A stretch of 49,879 bases of DNA from Thermoanaerobaculia bacterium (GCA_038230775.1 JBBRMQ010000001.1:1-49879); one strand, 5' to 3'. Positions 35,548 to 44,615 are shown, numbered from the stretch's first letter. The notes: generated from the sequence alone by a model not told the origin. Program-made: numbers and translations.

Positions 35548-36270
35548 CTACGCCGAAATCACGATCGCGATTCCCAGCGCGACGAGCAGGCCGGAGACGA
35601 AACGGCGAAACAGCGGCTCCGGAATGCGTCCGAAGATGCGCTTGCCGGTGACCGTGCCGAGGAGCACGCCGAGCGTCGCGGCAAGGAGGATCGGCCAGAT
35701 CGCGCGCAGATCTTTTCCGACGCTCCACGCATACACGGGCAGGCGCGCGCCATCGACGATCACAGCCAGCGCGACGGCAGTGGCGACGAAGACCTCCTTG
35801 CGCACGTCGAGTGCGAGCATCGCGGCGGCGCGCAGACCGCCTTGAAAACCGATGAGCGCGCCGAGGAATCCGGAGGCGCCGCCGGCCACCGCCGCGCCTT
35901 TTTTCCCGACGCGCAACCGGTCTGTCCATCCCATGACGCCGAGGATGCCGGCGATCATGAGTACGACGGCGAGAGCGATCTTGAGGACGCCGGCATCCGC
36001 GCGGGCGTGCAGAAACGCGCCGATGAGCGCACCGGCGGCGCTCATTGCTCCGAACGTCTTGAGTACCTGCTTGTCGACGCGATCGCGCAACGTCCACAGT
36101 CGCAGCGCGTTGCCCGCGAAGTGCGGGATCGCCGCGGCAGCGACCGCCAGGCGGACACCAATCGACAGGCTCAGCAGCGGAGTGAGAATGCTTCCGATTC
36201 CCAACCCGGCGACCGCGGAGATCGCGCCCGCGAAAAATGCGATGAGCGCTACGAGGAAGACGAACGCCAT
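35548..36270 (-). CDS. TauE/SafE family sulfite-exporter-like permease
   Basis: Starting at ATG 36270 (MAFVFLVALIAFFAGAISAVAGLGIGSILTPLL) gives the typical DUF81/TauE N-terminus and about 7-8 TM helices. The ATG overlaps the arsR-like stop. Confidence 0.85.
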   Translation of the reverse strand: MAFVFLVALIAFFAGAISAVAGLGIGSILTPLLSLSIGVRLAVAAAAIPHFAGNALRLWTLRDRVDKQVLKTFGAMSAAGALIGAFLHARADAGVLKIALAVVLMIAGILGVMGWTDRLRVGKKGAAVAGGASGFLGALIGFQGGLRAAAMLALDVRKEVFVATAVALAVIVDGARLPVYAWSVGKDLRAIWPILLAATLGVLLGTVTGKRIFGRIPEPLFRRFVSGLLVALGIAIVISA

Positions 36271-36680
36271 CAGATCGCGGAGGGTCTCGCCAGTTCCGGC
36301 CGTGGCGCATTTTGCAGAGCGGCGGGGAGTCGGACTGCGCAACACGTTCGTTTCAGCGCGATGCGGTCGCGCCGCGCGTCGCGGTCGGATTCCATCGCGG
36401 ACAGCGTCGCGTCGAGGACTTCAGCGTGACGCGGGTCCGCCGGGCGCACGAGGCGGTAGTGCATCCACTTGCCTTCCCTTCGCGTGGCCACCAGACCGGC
36501 GCGGCGCAGGTAGCCGAGATGGCGCGAGATCTTCGGCTGCGATTCGCCGAGGATCTCGACGAAGTAGCAGACGCAGAGATCGCCAGCGGCCAGCAGATGA
36601 AGAAGGCGCAGCCGCGTGTGATCTGCCAGAGCCTGGAACAACGTCACGAGATCCGGAGTCTTCACAATCGGAGTATACAT
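36270..36680 (-). CDS. ArsR/SmtB family metalloregulator
   Basis: It has a winged HTH (LFQALADHTRLRLLHLL...GESQPKISRHLGYLRRAGLV) and an ArsR-type CVC motif (GDLCVCYFVE). The start is ATG 36680, or alternatively 36731. Confidence 0.85.
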   Translation of the reverse strand: MYTPIVKTPDLVTLFQALADHTRLRLLHLLAAGDLCVCYFVEILGESQPKISRHLGYLRRAGLVATRREGKWMHYRLVRPADPRHAEVLDATLSAMESDRDARRDRIALKRTCCAVRLPAALQNAPRPELARPSAI

Positions 36681-36707
36681 GTGCCTTCGCGAATGCGTTT
36701 TGCAGGT

Positions 36708-37013
36708 ATGCTCCAGCAACGCATGCGGCACCTCATCATCGCGTTTCTGCTCCTCTCGGCTTGTGGGAAAAAGGACGCGCCGGCGCCCGAGAAAACGTAT
36801 CCGATGACGGCGACGATCGTGTCACGCGAGGCGCGAGGGAACACGTTGAATCTCGACAACGATGATGTGCCCGGCGTGATGGCGCCCATGAAGATGGATT
36901 ACCAGGTTCGCGGCGTGAAGGTCGACACGCTTCCGCCCAATGGGACCAGAGTCAACGTCACGCTTCACGAACGCGACGGCGAATATTGGGTCACCGACAT
37001 TCGCAGCAAGTGA
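36708..37013 (+). CDS. CusF-like copper-binding periplasmic lipoprotein
   Basis: It has the lipobox LLLSAC. The pattern T..IV........L.LDNDDVPGVMAPMKMDYQV......L..G..V.V.L.......W.TDI resembles the CusF-type H..IPG.M.AMTM.F.V fold. The start is ATG 36708, or alternatively 36693. Confidence 0.55.
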   Translation: MLQQRMRHLIIAFLLLSACGKKDAPAPEKTYPMTATIVSREARGNTLNLDNDDVPGVMAPMKMDYQVRGVKVDTLPPNGTRVNVTLHERDGEYWVTDIRSK

Positions 37014-37045
37014 TGCAGGGCTGAAGCGCGCCCCCTCCGATGGCT

Positions 37046-37142
37046 GGCCAGCCAGAGGGCTGGCCCCACACTTGGGCTACGCCCTGGAGTCAAAAGCTTG
37101 CGCGCACAGCGCGCTCGTGTGGGGCCAGCCCTCCGGCTGGCC
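37046..37142. repeat. REP-like element, type U (inverted pair with 45-nt spacer)
   Basis: GGCCAGCCAGAGGGCTGGCCCCACAC lies at 37046-37071. GTGTGGGGCCAGCCCTCCGGCTGGCC lies at 37117-37142. The element fills the convergent gap between the CusF-like and PagL-like genes. Confidence 0.85.
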
Positions 37143-37147
37143 GTCCT

Positions 37148-37744
37148 CTACTTCCAGATGCGAAGTCGCGTGCCCAACAGAATCGTGTTCATGTCCCACC
37201 CCGGGTTGCGCTTGCCGCTGCCAGGGTTGTGCGGGCCGAACACGAGGTTCGAGATGTGCGAGAAGCGGTACTCGACGTACATCGGATGCGCGGTCGCATT
37301 CAGCAGGCGGACGCCGATGCCGAGTTGCGAGTGGAAGTTGAAGCGCGCGGTCGCTGCCGGAACGCGGCGGTTCGACCACATTGGACCGGTCCCCAGCTCC
37401 GCGTAGACATTGCGCCATCCGCGCCGAAGAAACAGATATGCCCACTCGCCGCGGACGGAATCATCGGGATCGCCAAACTGATGGCCGAACCAGCTGCGCG
37501 GCTGCCGGATGTCGCTGTAGGCGATGGAGACGCCGGCGTCCGTCTTCGGAATCCAGTGCGCGATCCAGTTCGAGTGGCCGACCAACTCGAGCTGGATGGT
37601 GCGAAAGCGCGCCTGCCCGTGTGCAGCAGAGGTCAGGCTTCTGCCGCCACCTGCATCGATGTTGAGCTCATGCGGCCGGAAGTCGAACGCGGCCGCGGGC
37701 GAGCACAGCGACGCCGCGAGAATCGTGATGGTGAGAAAACGCAT
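37148..37744 (-). CDS. acyloxyacyl hydrolase (PagL-like lipid A deacylase family) outer-membrane protein
   Basis: Starting at ATG 37744 gives a signal peptide (MRFLTITILAASLCSPAAA). It has beta-barrel-like alternation and the family catalytic motif YRFSHISN. The longer track ORF upstream is Arg-rich. Confidence 0.7.
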   Translation of the reverse strand: MRFLTITILAASLCSPAAAFDFRPHELNIDAGGGRSLTSAAHGQARFRTIQLELVGHSNWIAHWIPKTDAGVSIAYSDIRQPRSWFGHQFGDPDDSVRGEWAYLFLRRGWRNVYAELGTGPMWSNRRVPAATARFNFHSQLGIGVRLLNATAHPMYVEYRFSHISNLVFGPHNPGSGKRNPGWDMNTILLGTRLRIWK

Positions 37745-37763
37745 GCAATACAAATGATAGCGG

Positions 37764-38450
37764 TTACGAGCGCGGCGTGAGCAGATAACGGCACGCCGAC
37801 TCGCCGCGAACGAAACCGGTGGCAACGAGCCCGCGGTCGAATGCACTCTCGAACTCCGCGCGTGTCTTCGCGCGCCATTCGCGCGCCTGTGCCTCATCGA
37901 CGGCAGCGATGTTGGACGGGATCTCGATGCTGACGGAATCGGACGGCGATGTACGCGCCCGATCATGGGCAATGAACCACGTCGCCCACAGCCGATCGGT
38001 GCCCAGCATGTGAAGTGGACTCGTCGTCTCGCCGTAGAAATCGCGCAGATAGCGGCTGGCGGTGACGCCGAGAAGCACGAGGTTCAGGTAGGCGTTCCGC
38101 GCTTGCAGCGGATCGAATGTCCACGTGATCCGATCGACGCCGCGCTCCAGCGCGGCATCACGCTGCGCCATCTTCAGCGCCCGCCCCACGCCCTGATCGC
38201 GATACGCCTCGCGAACGGCGAGCATGTCGGAGTGAATCACGCGATGCTCGCCCTCGAAGCCGGGGAAACCGTACACGAAGCCGAGCATCTCCCCGCCGTC
38301 GAACGCGCCGATGAGAATCGCGCCAACCTCGCGGGCGGCGATCATGTGGATCGCCGGCAGCACCTCGAGGTCGGCGACGCTCCACACTTCTTTCTGCAAC
38401 CGCTCGACAGCGTGCAGCTCGTCCGCGCCGCGGATCTCACGAAGCTGCAT
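37764..38450 (-). CDS. GNAT-fold acyltransferase-like protein (COG3375-like)
   Basis: It has a GNAT core ([26 protein letters not shown]) and the conserved [17 protein letters not shown] block. It overlaps the upstream OSBS/NSAR gene by 14 nt, so the two share an operon. Confidence 0.7.
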   Translation of the reverse strand: MQLREIRGADELHAVERLQKEVWSVADLEVLPAIHMIAAREVGAILIGAFDGGEMLGFVYGFPGFEGEHRVIHSDMLAVREAYRDQGVGRALKMAQRDAALERGVDRITWTFDPLQARNAYLNLVLLGVTASRYLRDFYGETTSPLHMLGTDRLWATWFIAHDRARTSPSDSVSIEIPSNIAAVDEAQAREWRAKTRAEFESAFDRGLVATGFVRGESACRYLLTPRS

Positions 38451-39369
38451 CGATGATCTTCTTTCTCACGGTCAGGGAATCGAGTCGGCCCCGTTTCACT
38501 TCGAATCCGATTCCCGGCTTCGCGAGTGGAACGATCGTCCCACGCGGTGTGACCGTCACCGGCGGATCGATGATGTCCTCGTCCCAGTAGCGCTCACTGG
38601 CCGAAACGTCGCCGGGCAACACGAATCCGGCGAGCGTCGAAAGCGCGATGTTGTGGGCGCGTCCGATTCCCGCCTCCAGCATGCCGCCGCACCACACCGG
38701 GATGCCGCGCTCGCGGCACAACGCCTCGATCCTGCGCACCTCGACATGCCCGCCGACGCGACCGAGCTTGATGTTGATGTCGAGCGTGTAGGCCGAGTTT
38801 GCGTCGGCCATCAGCTGGATGTCCGGAAAGCGGTTGCGTACTGCACGCACGAGGTCGATGTCGTGGCCGGGCTTGATCTTGATTTTGATGCGCTGGTACC
38901 CGCTGGCGATCTCGCGCTCGATCTTCGTCAGCAGCGCGTCGATTGACGGCTGCAGACCGATGGACACGCCACACGCGATCTCGGTTTTCGTTCCGCCGAG
39001 CAGCTTCCAGAGTGGCTGGCCCTGACGTCTGGCGTCGAGATCCCAGACCGCGGTTTCGATCGCCGCCTTGGCCATGCGATTGCCGCGAATGTGCTCGAAG
39101 ATCGAATGGATCGCCGCGGCCGACGCGAGGTCGACACCGATCGCCATCGGCGCAAGAAAGCGCTCCAGAACCGGCCACGCGCTTTCCGTCCACTCTTCGT
39201 TGTAGTGCGGCTTCTCATCGGCCACGCACTCGCCCCATCCCTCGGCTTCGTCCGCGTCCTCGACCCGAATGAGAATGATGTGGCGCTCGGTCGTGCGGCC
39301 GAAGCTGGTCTCGAACGGATGCAGCAACGCGAGATGGATCTCGCGCAGCTCGATGCGCCGGATCAGCAT
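38437..39369 (-). CDS. enolase-superfamily o-succinylbenzoate synthase / N-succinylamino acid racemase homolog carrying an internal in-frame deletion
   Basis: It is strongly collinear with the NSAR/OSBS family on both sides: [39 protein letters not shown], then [26 protein letters not shown], and PGDVSAS.RYW. The IEQP and DES blocks are missing. Confidence 0.8.
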   Translation of the reverse strand: MLIRRIELREIHLALLHPFETSFGRTTERHIILIRVEDADEAEGWGECVADEKPHYNEEWTESAWPVLERFLAPMAIGVDLASAAAIHSIFEHIRGNRMAKAAIETAVWDLDARRQGQPLWKLLGGTKTEIACGVSIGLQPSIDALLTKIEREIASGYQRIKIKIKPGHDIDLVRAVRNRFPDIQLMADANSAYTLDINIKLGRVGGHVEVRRIEALCRERGIPVWCGGMLEAGIGRAHNIALSTLAGFVLPGDVSASERYWDEDIIDPPVTVTPRGTIVPLAKPGIGFEVKRGRLDSLTVRKKIIDAAS

Positions 39370-39538
39370 CCGGCGATTCTACGGCGGATGTTCAGAACGG
39401 CGCGCGGATGCGCTCGCGGCGCGGCGGCAAGAAACGCAACGATCGTCGGTCTCCTGCACGGAAGCTCTACCAAGGCAGCGGGTTCTTGATGTGTTCTTTG
39501 GCTGCCGCGCCGCCGTTGTGTGGTCTAGTTCCCTCTGG

Positions 39539-40993
39539 ATGAACGTCGTGAAGTGGGGGTTGACGATCCTCTCCATTGCGATCGTGACGACGGTCGGAAC
39601 GTTTCTGCACCTCGCGCCAACGACCGTCGGATTCCTGTACCTCATCGTCGTTCTGCTGATTTCGCTCCGCGGCGGCCTGCTGGTGGGCACCGTCGCCTCG
39701 TTCATCGCCACACTTTGCTATAACTTTTTCTTCTTCGCGCCCCTGTACACGCTGACGATCGCGGAACCTGCAAACTGGTTCGCGCTGGCAGCGTTCCTCG
39801 TCGCCTCCGTCACGGTCAATCGACTGGTCGTCGCAGCGCGCGTGCAGGCGGAGCATGCCGAACAGCGGCGCACCGAGCTGGAGACCCTGTATGGACTGAG
39901 CATCGACCTCTTCACCGCCACCAATCGAGTGGGAGCGCTCGGCGAAGCGGCCGGGCGTGCGCTGCAGCTTCTCGGTGCGCGTGCCGGAGGCCTCGTCCTG
40001 TTCGACGGCAGCAGCTACCGGCAGCGCGTCATCTCGTGGAGCGGCGAGAAAGGGGATGAAGTCGAAGATCTGATTGCCGGCGTCGGCCGTCACAAGACAC
40101 CGCTGGAGTTCCCATCCCCGTTAGGCCGCGACGTCTATCTGCCGCTTGTCGTCGGTGGCAAGCCGTCGGGCGCGCTCGTGGCACGCGGAACGGCGGCATC
40201 GACACAGTCGCTGGAGTCTGCGGCGCGCCTGGTCGCCCTCGCGGTCGAGCGCGAGCGCTTCATCGAAGAGAATGCACACGTGCAGGCGCTGCGCGAGAGC
40301 GAGAGCCTCAAGACGTCTCTGCTTCGGGCGATCTCCCATGACCTGACGACGCCTCTCACCGCGATCACGATCCGGACGCAGTCGCTGCGCCGGCAGCCCG
40401 CGGCGGACGCAGAAATGGTCAGCGACATCGATTCCATTGCCGAGGAGACGTCGAGACTGCGCCGGCGAATCGAGAACCTGCTGTCGATGGCGCGACTGGA
40501 AGCAGGGAAGGCAAAGCCGCGGCGCGAGCCGACGCCGCCCGCGGACCTGTTCCGTGCGGCTCGTGAAAACCTGCCGATCGTGTTCTCGACGCGAACGATC
40601 GAGACCCACGTCGACAACGACTGCCCCGATGCGAACGTCGATCCCGCCTTGACGCTCGAGATCCTCGTCAATCTTCTGGAGAACGCGCATCGCGCGTCAC
40701 CGCCGGAGACGACGATCGAACTGCTGGCCCGCAAACATCCGATCGATGCTGACAAGGTTCGCCTCGAAGTGCTGGACCGCGGGCCGGGGATTCCCACCGC
40801 CATCGCGGACTCCGACGGGAACGTGGCCGCGGAGACGACCGACGTCGCACAACGCGGCCTGGGCCTGGAGATCGCGCGCGGGCTCGCCGCCGTCAACCTC
40901 GGCAGCATCGGCCTCGCGCCGCGGCCGGGCGGCGGCACCATCGCACGCATCGACCTTCCGGCGGCAACGCTGCAGACGGAGGAGACGGCGTGA
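39539..40993 (+). CDS. sensor histidine kinase, KdpD C-terminal-core type (DUF4118 + HisKA + HATPase_c)
   Basis: Starting at ATG 39539 gives the DUF4118 four-TM block (TTVGFLYLIVVLLISLRGGLLVG...YNFFFFAPLYTL). It has the H-box LRAISHDLTTPLT and N/G boxes (NLLENAHR, DRGPGI, GLGLEIARG). Confidence 0.85.
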   Translation: MNVVKWGLTILSIAIVTTVGTFLHLAPTTVGFLYLIVVLLISLRGGLLVGTVASFIATLCYNFFFFAPLYTLTIAEPANWFALAAFLVASVTVNRLVVAARVQAEHAEQRRTELETLYGLSIDLFTATNRVGALGEAAGRALQLLGARAGGLVLFDGSSYRQRVISWSGEKGDEVEDLIAGVGRHKTPLEFPSPLGRDVYLPLVVGGKPSGALVARGTAASTQSLESAARLVALAVERERFIEENAHVQALRESESLKTSLLRAISHDLTTPLTAITIRTQSLRRQPAADAEMVSDIDSIAEETSRLRRRIENLLSMARLEAGKAKPRREPTPPADLFRAARENLPIVFSTRTIETHVDNDCPDANVDPALTLEILVNLLENAHRASPPETTIELLARKHPIDADKVRLEVLDRGPGIPTAIADSDGNVAAETTDVAQRGLGLEIARGLAAVNLGSIGLAPRPGGGTIARIDLPAATLQTEETA

Positions 40994-41679
40994 CGATCTC
41001 GAGCGTGATTCTGGTCGTCGACGACGATCCCGCCATTCGCGAATCGCTGGCGCGCGAGCTTCGCGCCACAGGCTACTCGGTGACGACCGGGAGCGACGGC
41101 GTCGAGGGATTGAGCTCGTTTCGGACGCGCGCGCCTGATCTCGTCCTCGCGGATCTCGCCATGCCGGGCTCCGACGGTTTCGAGATGATCTCCGCCATCC
41201 GCGCTTCGTCCCCGGTTCCGATCATCGTTCTCTCCGTTCGTGGCGTCGACGCCGACAAAGTGCGCGCTCTCGACCTCGGCGCCGACGATTTCGTCACCAA
41301 GCCATTCTCACTCAACGAACTGCTGGCACGCGTGAGGGCCCAGCTCAGACGCACCGGCGCTGCACCGCCGAGCTTCCTCCGCTTTCCTGATCTGACCATC
41401 GACATCGAACGCCGAAAGGTCATTCAGGGAAGCCGCGAGGTGCGCCTGACCCCGACAGAGTTTTCACTGCTCGAGCTCTTGTCGACGAACGCCGGGAAGC
41501 CCCTGTTCATCGATCAGATCATCGCGCGTGTCTGGCGCTCGGCCCCCGGCACGACGGCCGATACGGTGCGCGTGCACATGAGCTCCCTGCGAAAGAAGGT
41601 GGAGCCCGATCCATCGGTGCCGCGATACATCGTCACCGAGCCGTGGATCGGGTACCGCTTCATCGCGGAGCCCGTCTAA
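40990..41679 (+). CDS. OmpR/PhoB-family response regulator (KdpE-like)
   Basis: It has a receiver domain (VVDDDP, DLVLADLAMPG, the S/T and K residues) and a winged-helix output (LTPTEFSLLELL...VRVHMSSLRKKVE...I.TEPWIGYRF). The GTG start overlaps the kinase stop. Confidence 0.92.
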   Translation: MTISSVILVVDDDPAIRESLARELRATGYSVTTGSDGVEGLSSFRTRAPDLVLADLAMPGSDGFEMISAIRASSPVPIIVLSVRGVDADKVRALDLGADDFVTKPFSLNELLARVRAQLRRTGAAPPSFLRFPDLTIDIERRKVIQGSREVRLTPTEFSLLELLSTNAGKPLFIDQIIARVWRSAPGTTADTVRVHMSSLRKKVEPDPSVPRYIVTEPWIGYRFIAEPV

Positions 41680-41793
41680 CGAGCGGCCAGATCTTTCGAC
41701 ACTCTTAATCCACTCTTAACAGGATCTCCCTCGCCCTTTCGGCCTTTTTTTGCGAGGCTTGATCGTGTCAGTTGTGATGATACGGAGAGGTTC

Positions 41794-42192
41794 ATGGTCG
41801 CGATCATGTTGAAGCGCGAGTCTCAGCACTACTCAGTAGTCTTCGCATCCGGCGCCACGGTCTGGGCCGTGGCGGCCGGGCTCGTTCTGATGGCCGATCA
41901 GAGGCTCGCGCACGTCTCTCCCGGAGCATGCCTCGCGGCGAAAGTAATGATCATCATCACCAGCGCGCTGGTGTGTGTGCGTTGGGGAGCGGGGGACGCC
42001 ACTCTCGAGCGTGCATTGTTCACGGGCATTGGCTGGGCGGTCCTTTCGATCATCGCCGAGATGATTGTGGTGTCGAACTTCAACCAAACCTGGCATCCGC
42101 TGATCGGCTCACCCGCTCAACCAGGCTACCGCGATGTACTGCTGCTGACGTGGGTCGGCGCGCCGGCGATGTTCACGCGGAGTCTCTCATGA
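41794..42192 (+). CDS. hypothetical membrane protein
   Basis: 132 aa with four hydrophobic segments. I recognise no motif. Confidence 0.4.
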   Translation: MVAIMLKRESQHYSVVFASGATVWAVAAGLVLMADQRLAHVSPGACLAAKVMIIITSALVCVRWGAGDATLERALFTGIGWAVLSIIAEMIVVSNFNQTWHPLIGSPAQPGYRDVLLLTWVGAPAMFTRSLS

Positions 42193-42230
42193 GCGGCCGT
42201 GGCTTCGATCTCGTCATCGGGGACGTGTGA

Positions 42231-42485
42231 TCAGGGACGCATCAACAATCCCGCGGTGATCAGGATGACACCGATGATCAGGGCGACGGGAGCGAGCACT
42301 GGCCGGTGCAGGTAGTTGTTGTAGATGACGCGATGCGTTCCGAGAACGTGCAGGCCGACCGAAGCCAGGTAGACGCCCAGCACGACGATCGTGAATCGTT
42401 CCAGCGGGGAGAGGCGCTCAGAATTCGATCTGGGCGCCAAGCTCCACCACCCGATTCGGCGGTAACCGGAAGAAGCGCGCCGCAC
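42231..42485 (-). CDS. possible small two-TM membrane protein (start uncertain)
   Basis: The C-terminal 50 aa are hydrophobic (FTIVVLGVYLASVGLHVL ... VLAPVALIIGVILITAGLL). The N-terminal part overlaps the kup 3' end by 68 nt, so the true start, if the gene is real, is internal. Confidence 0.25.
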   Translation of the reverse strand: MRRASSGYRRIGWWSLAPRSNSERLSPLERFTIVVLGVYLASVGLHVLGTHRVIYNNYLHRPVLAPVALIIGVILITAGLLMRP

Positions 42486-44331
42486 TCTCCGCGTTGCGCA
42501 TCATGGACGCGAAGATCTTCTCGCGCCACGTCGCCATTCCGCTGGGGCGCGACGTCAAGATCAGCGTTTCACGTCCGAGGAAGTAGGTCGTGTCCATGGG
42601 CGGAACGGCCAACCCATGCTCATCCGCAACCCGTTGCAGGAGCGCCGGAACATCCGGCTCCTCCATGTAACCGTAACGACCGGTGACGCAGACGATCCCT
42701 TCCCCGAGATCGTCGATCTTCACGCGCTCGGCGTCACTTAGATGCGCGACTTCCTCGATGAAAATCGTGAGGAGGATGACCTGCTTGTGCAGCGCTTTGT
42801 AGTGTTTCAGGCTGTGCAGCAGAGCGGGAGGGATGACCTCGTTCGTGCGATGCATGAACACCGCGGTTCCCGGAACGCGCACCGGTCCTCGCATGCGCAA
42901 CGACGCCACGAACATCGAGGGCGACAGGGCACCTTCGAGCAAGCGCGAATTCAGAATGTGACGGCCGCGCCTCCACGTCGTCATCAACGTGAAGACGACC
43001 GCTCCGATGAGGAGCGGAACCCAGCCGCCATCGGCGATCTTGGCCAGGTTCGCGCCGAGAAACGCGGTGTCCGCGATGAGAAATCCGATGGTGACCGCGA
43101 TGGCGACGGAGCGCGGCCAGTGCAATAGGTCGCGCGCCACGACACCCGCGAGAATCGTCGTGATGATCATCGTCATGCTGACCGCGACGCCGTAGGCTCC
43201 GGCGAGACTCGTCGAGCTTCGGAACGCGATGACCAGCAGGATCGTCGCCGCCATCACCGTCCAGTTCACCGCCGGCATGTACACCTGCCCGATCTCCGCG
43301 CTCGATGTATGGACGACCTGCATTCGAGGGAGATATCCGAGCTGGATGGCCTGGCGGGTGAGCGAGAAGACGCCGGAAATGATCGCCTGCGACGCAATGA
43401 TCGCGGCGACCGTGGCCAGGACGACCAGTGGATACAGCGACCACTTCGGCGCAAGAAGATAGAACGGGTTGTGTGCCGCTTCCGGATTCCGGATCAGCAG
43501 CGCGCCCTGACCAAAGTACTGCAGAACGAGCGATACACCGACGAGACTGAACCAGTCGATCTGAATCGCCCGTTCCCCGAAGTGCCCCAGGTCAGCGTAG
43601 AGCGCTTCGCCGCCGGTGGCGACCAGAAAGACACCGCCGAGTACGAGAAAGCCATGAATCCCGTTGGTCGCGAAAAAGCGATAGGCATGCACCGGGTTGA
43701 TCGCCCACAGAACGGATGGGGCCAGGATGATGCCGCGCACGCCCATGACCGCCAGCGTTCCAAACCAGAAAATCATGATGGGACCGAAGATCGCGCCGAC
43801 CCCCGCAGTCCCCCGGCGCTGAAACAGGAAGAGCCCGATCAGCACGATCACCGTCAGCGGAACGACGTACGGCTTGAAGAACGGTGTGGCGATCTCGAGA
43901 CCCTCGACGGCGCTGAGCACCGAGATCGCGGGAGTGATCATTCCGTCGCCGTAGAGAAGCGCGGCGCCGAAGACCCCGATGCCGAGGAGAACCGCGCGCA
44001 CCGCTCCGCGGCGCGACTTGTCCATCCCGACCAGGCTCATGAGCGCGAGAATGCCGCCCTCGCCGCGGTTGTCGAATCGAAGAACGTACACGTGATACTT
44101 CACGGTCACCACGATCACGAGCGACCAGAAAATCAGAGACAGGACGCCGAACACGTTCGCCTGGGTCACCGGAACAGGGTGTGACCCATAGAAGCACTCG
44201 CGCAGCGAATAGAGAGGACTGGTACCGATGTCCCCGTACACGATGCCGAGGGCCAGCAGCGCGAGCGAGACGACGCGCTTGCCCGAGGCGTTCCCGTGCT
44301 GCTCGAGTGGTGCAGTGCGATCCGCGCTCAA
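42418..44331 (-). CDS. kup: KUP/HAK/KT family potassium transporter
   Basis: 637 aa with the Kup signature N-terminus (LALGIVYGDIGTSPLYSLRECF), 12 TM helices, and a C-terminal cytoplasmic domain (VPGTAVFM...P.ALLH.LKH.K.LH). Confidence 0.93.
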   Translation of the reverse strand: MSADRTAPLEQHGNASGKRVVSLALLALGIVYGDIGTSPLYSLRECFYGSHPVPVTQANVFGVLSLIFWSLVIVVTVKYHVYVLRFDNRGEGGILALMSLVGMDKSRRGAVRAVLLGIGVFGAALLYGDGMITPAISVLSAVEGLEIATPFFKPYVVPLTVIVLIGLFLFQRRGTAGVGAIFGPIMIFWFGTLAVMGVRGIILAPSVLWAINPVHAYRFFATNGIHGFLVLGGVFLVATGGEALYADLGHFGERAIQIDWFSLVGVSLVLQYFGQGALLIRNPEAAHNPFYLLAPKWSLYPLVVLATVAAIIASQAIISGVFSLTRQAIQLGYLPRMQVVHTSSAEIGQVYMPAVNWTVMAATILLVIAFRSSTSLAGAYGVAVSMTMIITTILAGVVARDLLHWPRSVAIAVTIGFLIADTAFLGANLAKIADGGWVPLLIGAVVFTLMTTWRRGRHILNSRLLEGALSPSMFVASLRMRGPVRVPGTAVFMHRTNEVIPPALLHSLKHYKALHKQVILLTIFIEEVAHLSDAERVKIDDLGEGIVCVTGRYGYMEEPDVPALLQRVADEHGLAVPPMDTTYFLGRETLILTSRPSGMATWREKIFASMMRNAESAARFFRLPPNRVVELGAQIEF

Positions 44332-44508
44332 CGCAACCGCGGAGTGTACGGGCAGGCGATCATGGAACGGGCTTAAGAAAGTCTAAAGAAGCGCAGCGCC
44401 CGCGTCGCCTGCGATGAAATGTGGGGACCGGCTTGAGGCCTTCCCTCATGACGTCGAGCTGTTCACGATGGCGGTCCCGGCCGGGCATCGATGAACAACG
44501 GACTCAAC

Positions 44509-44615
44509 CTGTCATTCCGACGCTGAGCGAAGCGAAGGGAGGGACCGGTGGGGCTGGGAGGGGCGATGAGCGAGCCGCCCGCCCACACCGGTCCTCGCTA
44601 CGCTCGGAATGACAG
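44509..44615. repeat. long imperfect inverted repeat of the GTCATTCCGA...TCGGAATGAC type
   Basis: The left arm is 44509-44550 and the right arm is 44586-44615. The outer 12 bp (CTGTCATTCCGA/TCGGAATGACAG) and inner 8 bp (GACCGGTG/CACCGGTC) pair perfectly. The loop is G-rich and about 35 nt long. Confidence 0.8.

Noticed and set aside
41728-41760. Possible terminator after the KdpE-like gene (CCTCGC...GCGAGG flanking a T-rich stretch).
   Set aside because: The stem is only 6 bp with a 14-nt loop, and the T-run lies inside the loop rather than after the stem. It is not convincing as an intrinsic terminator.
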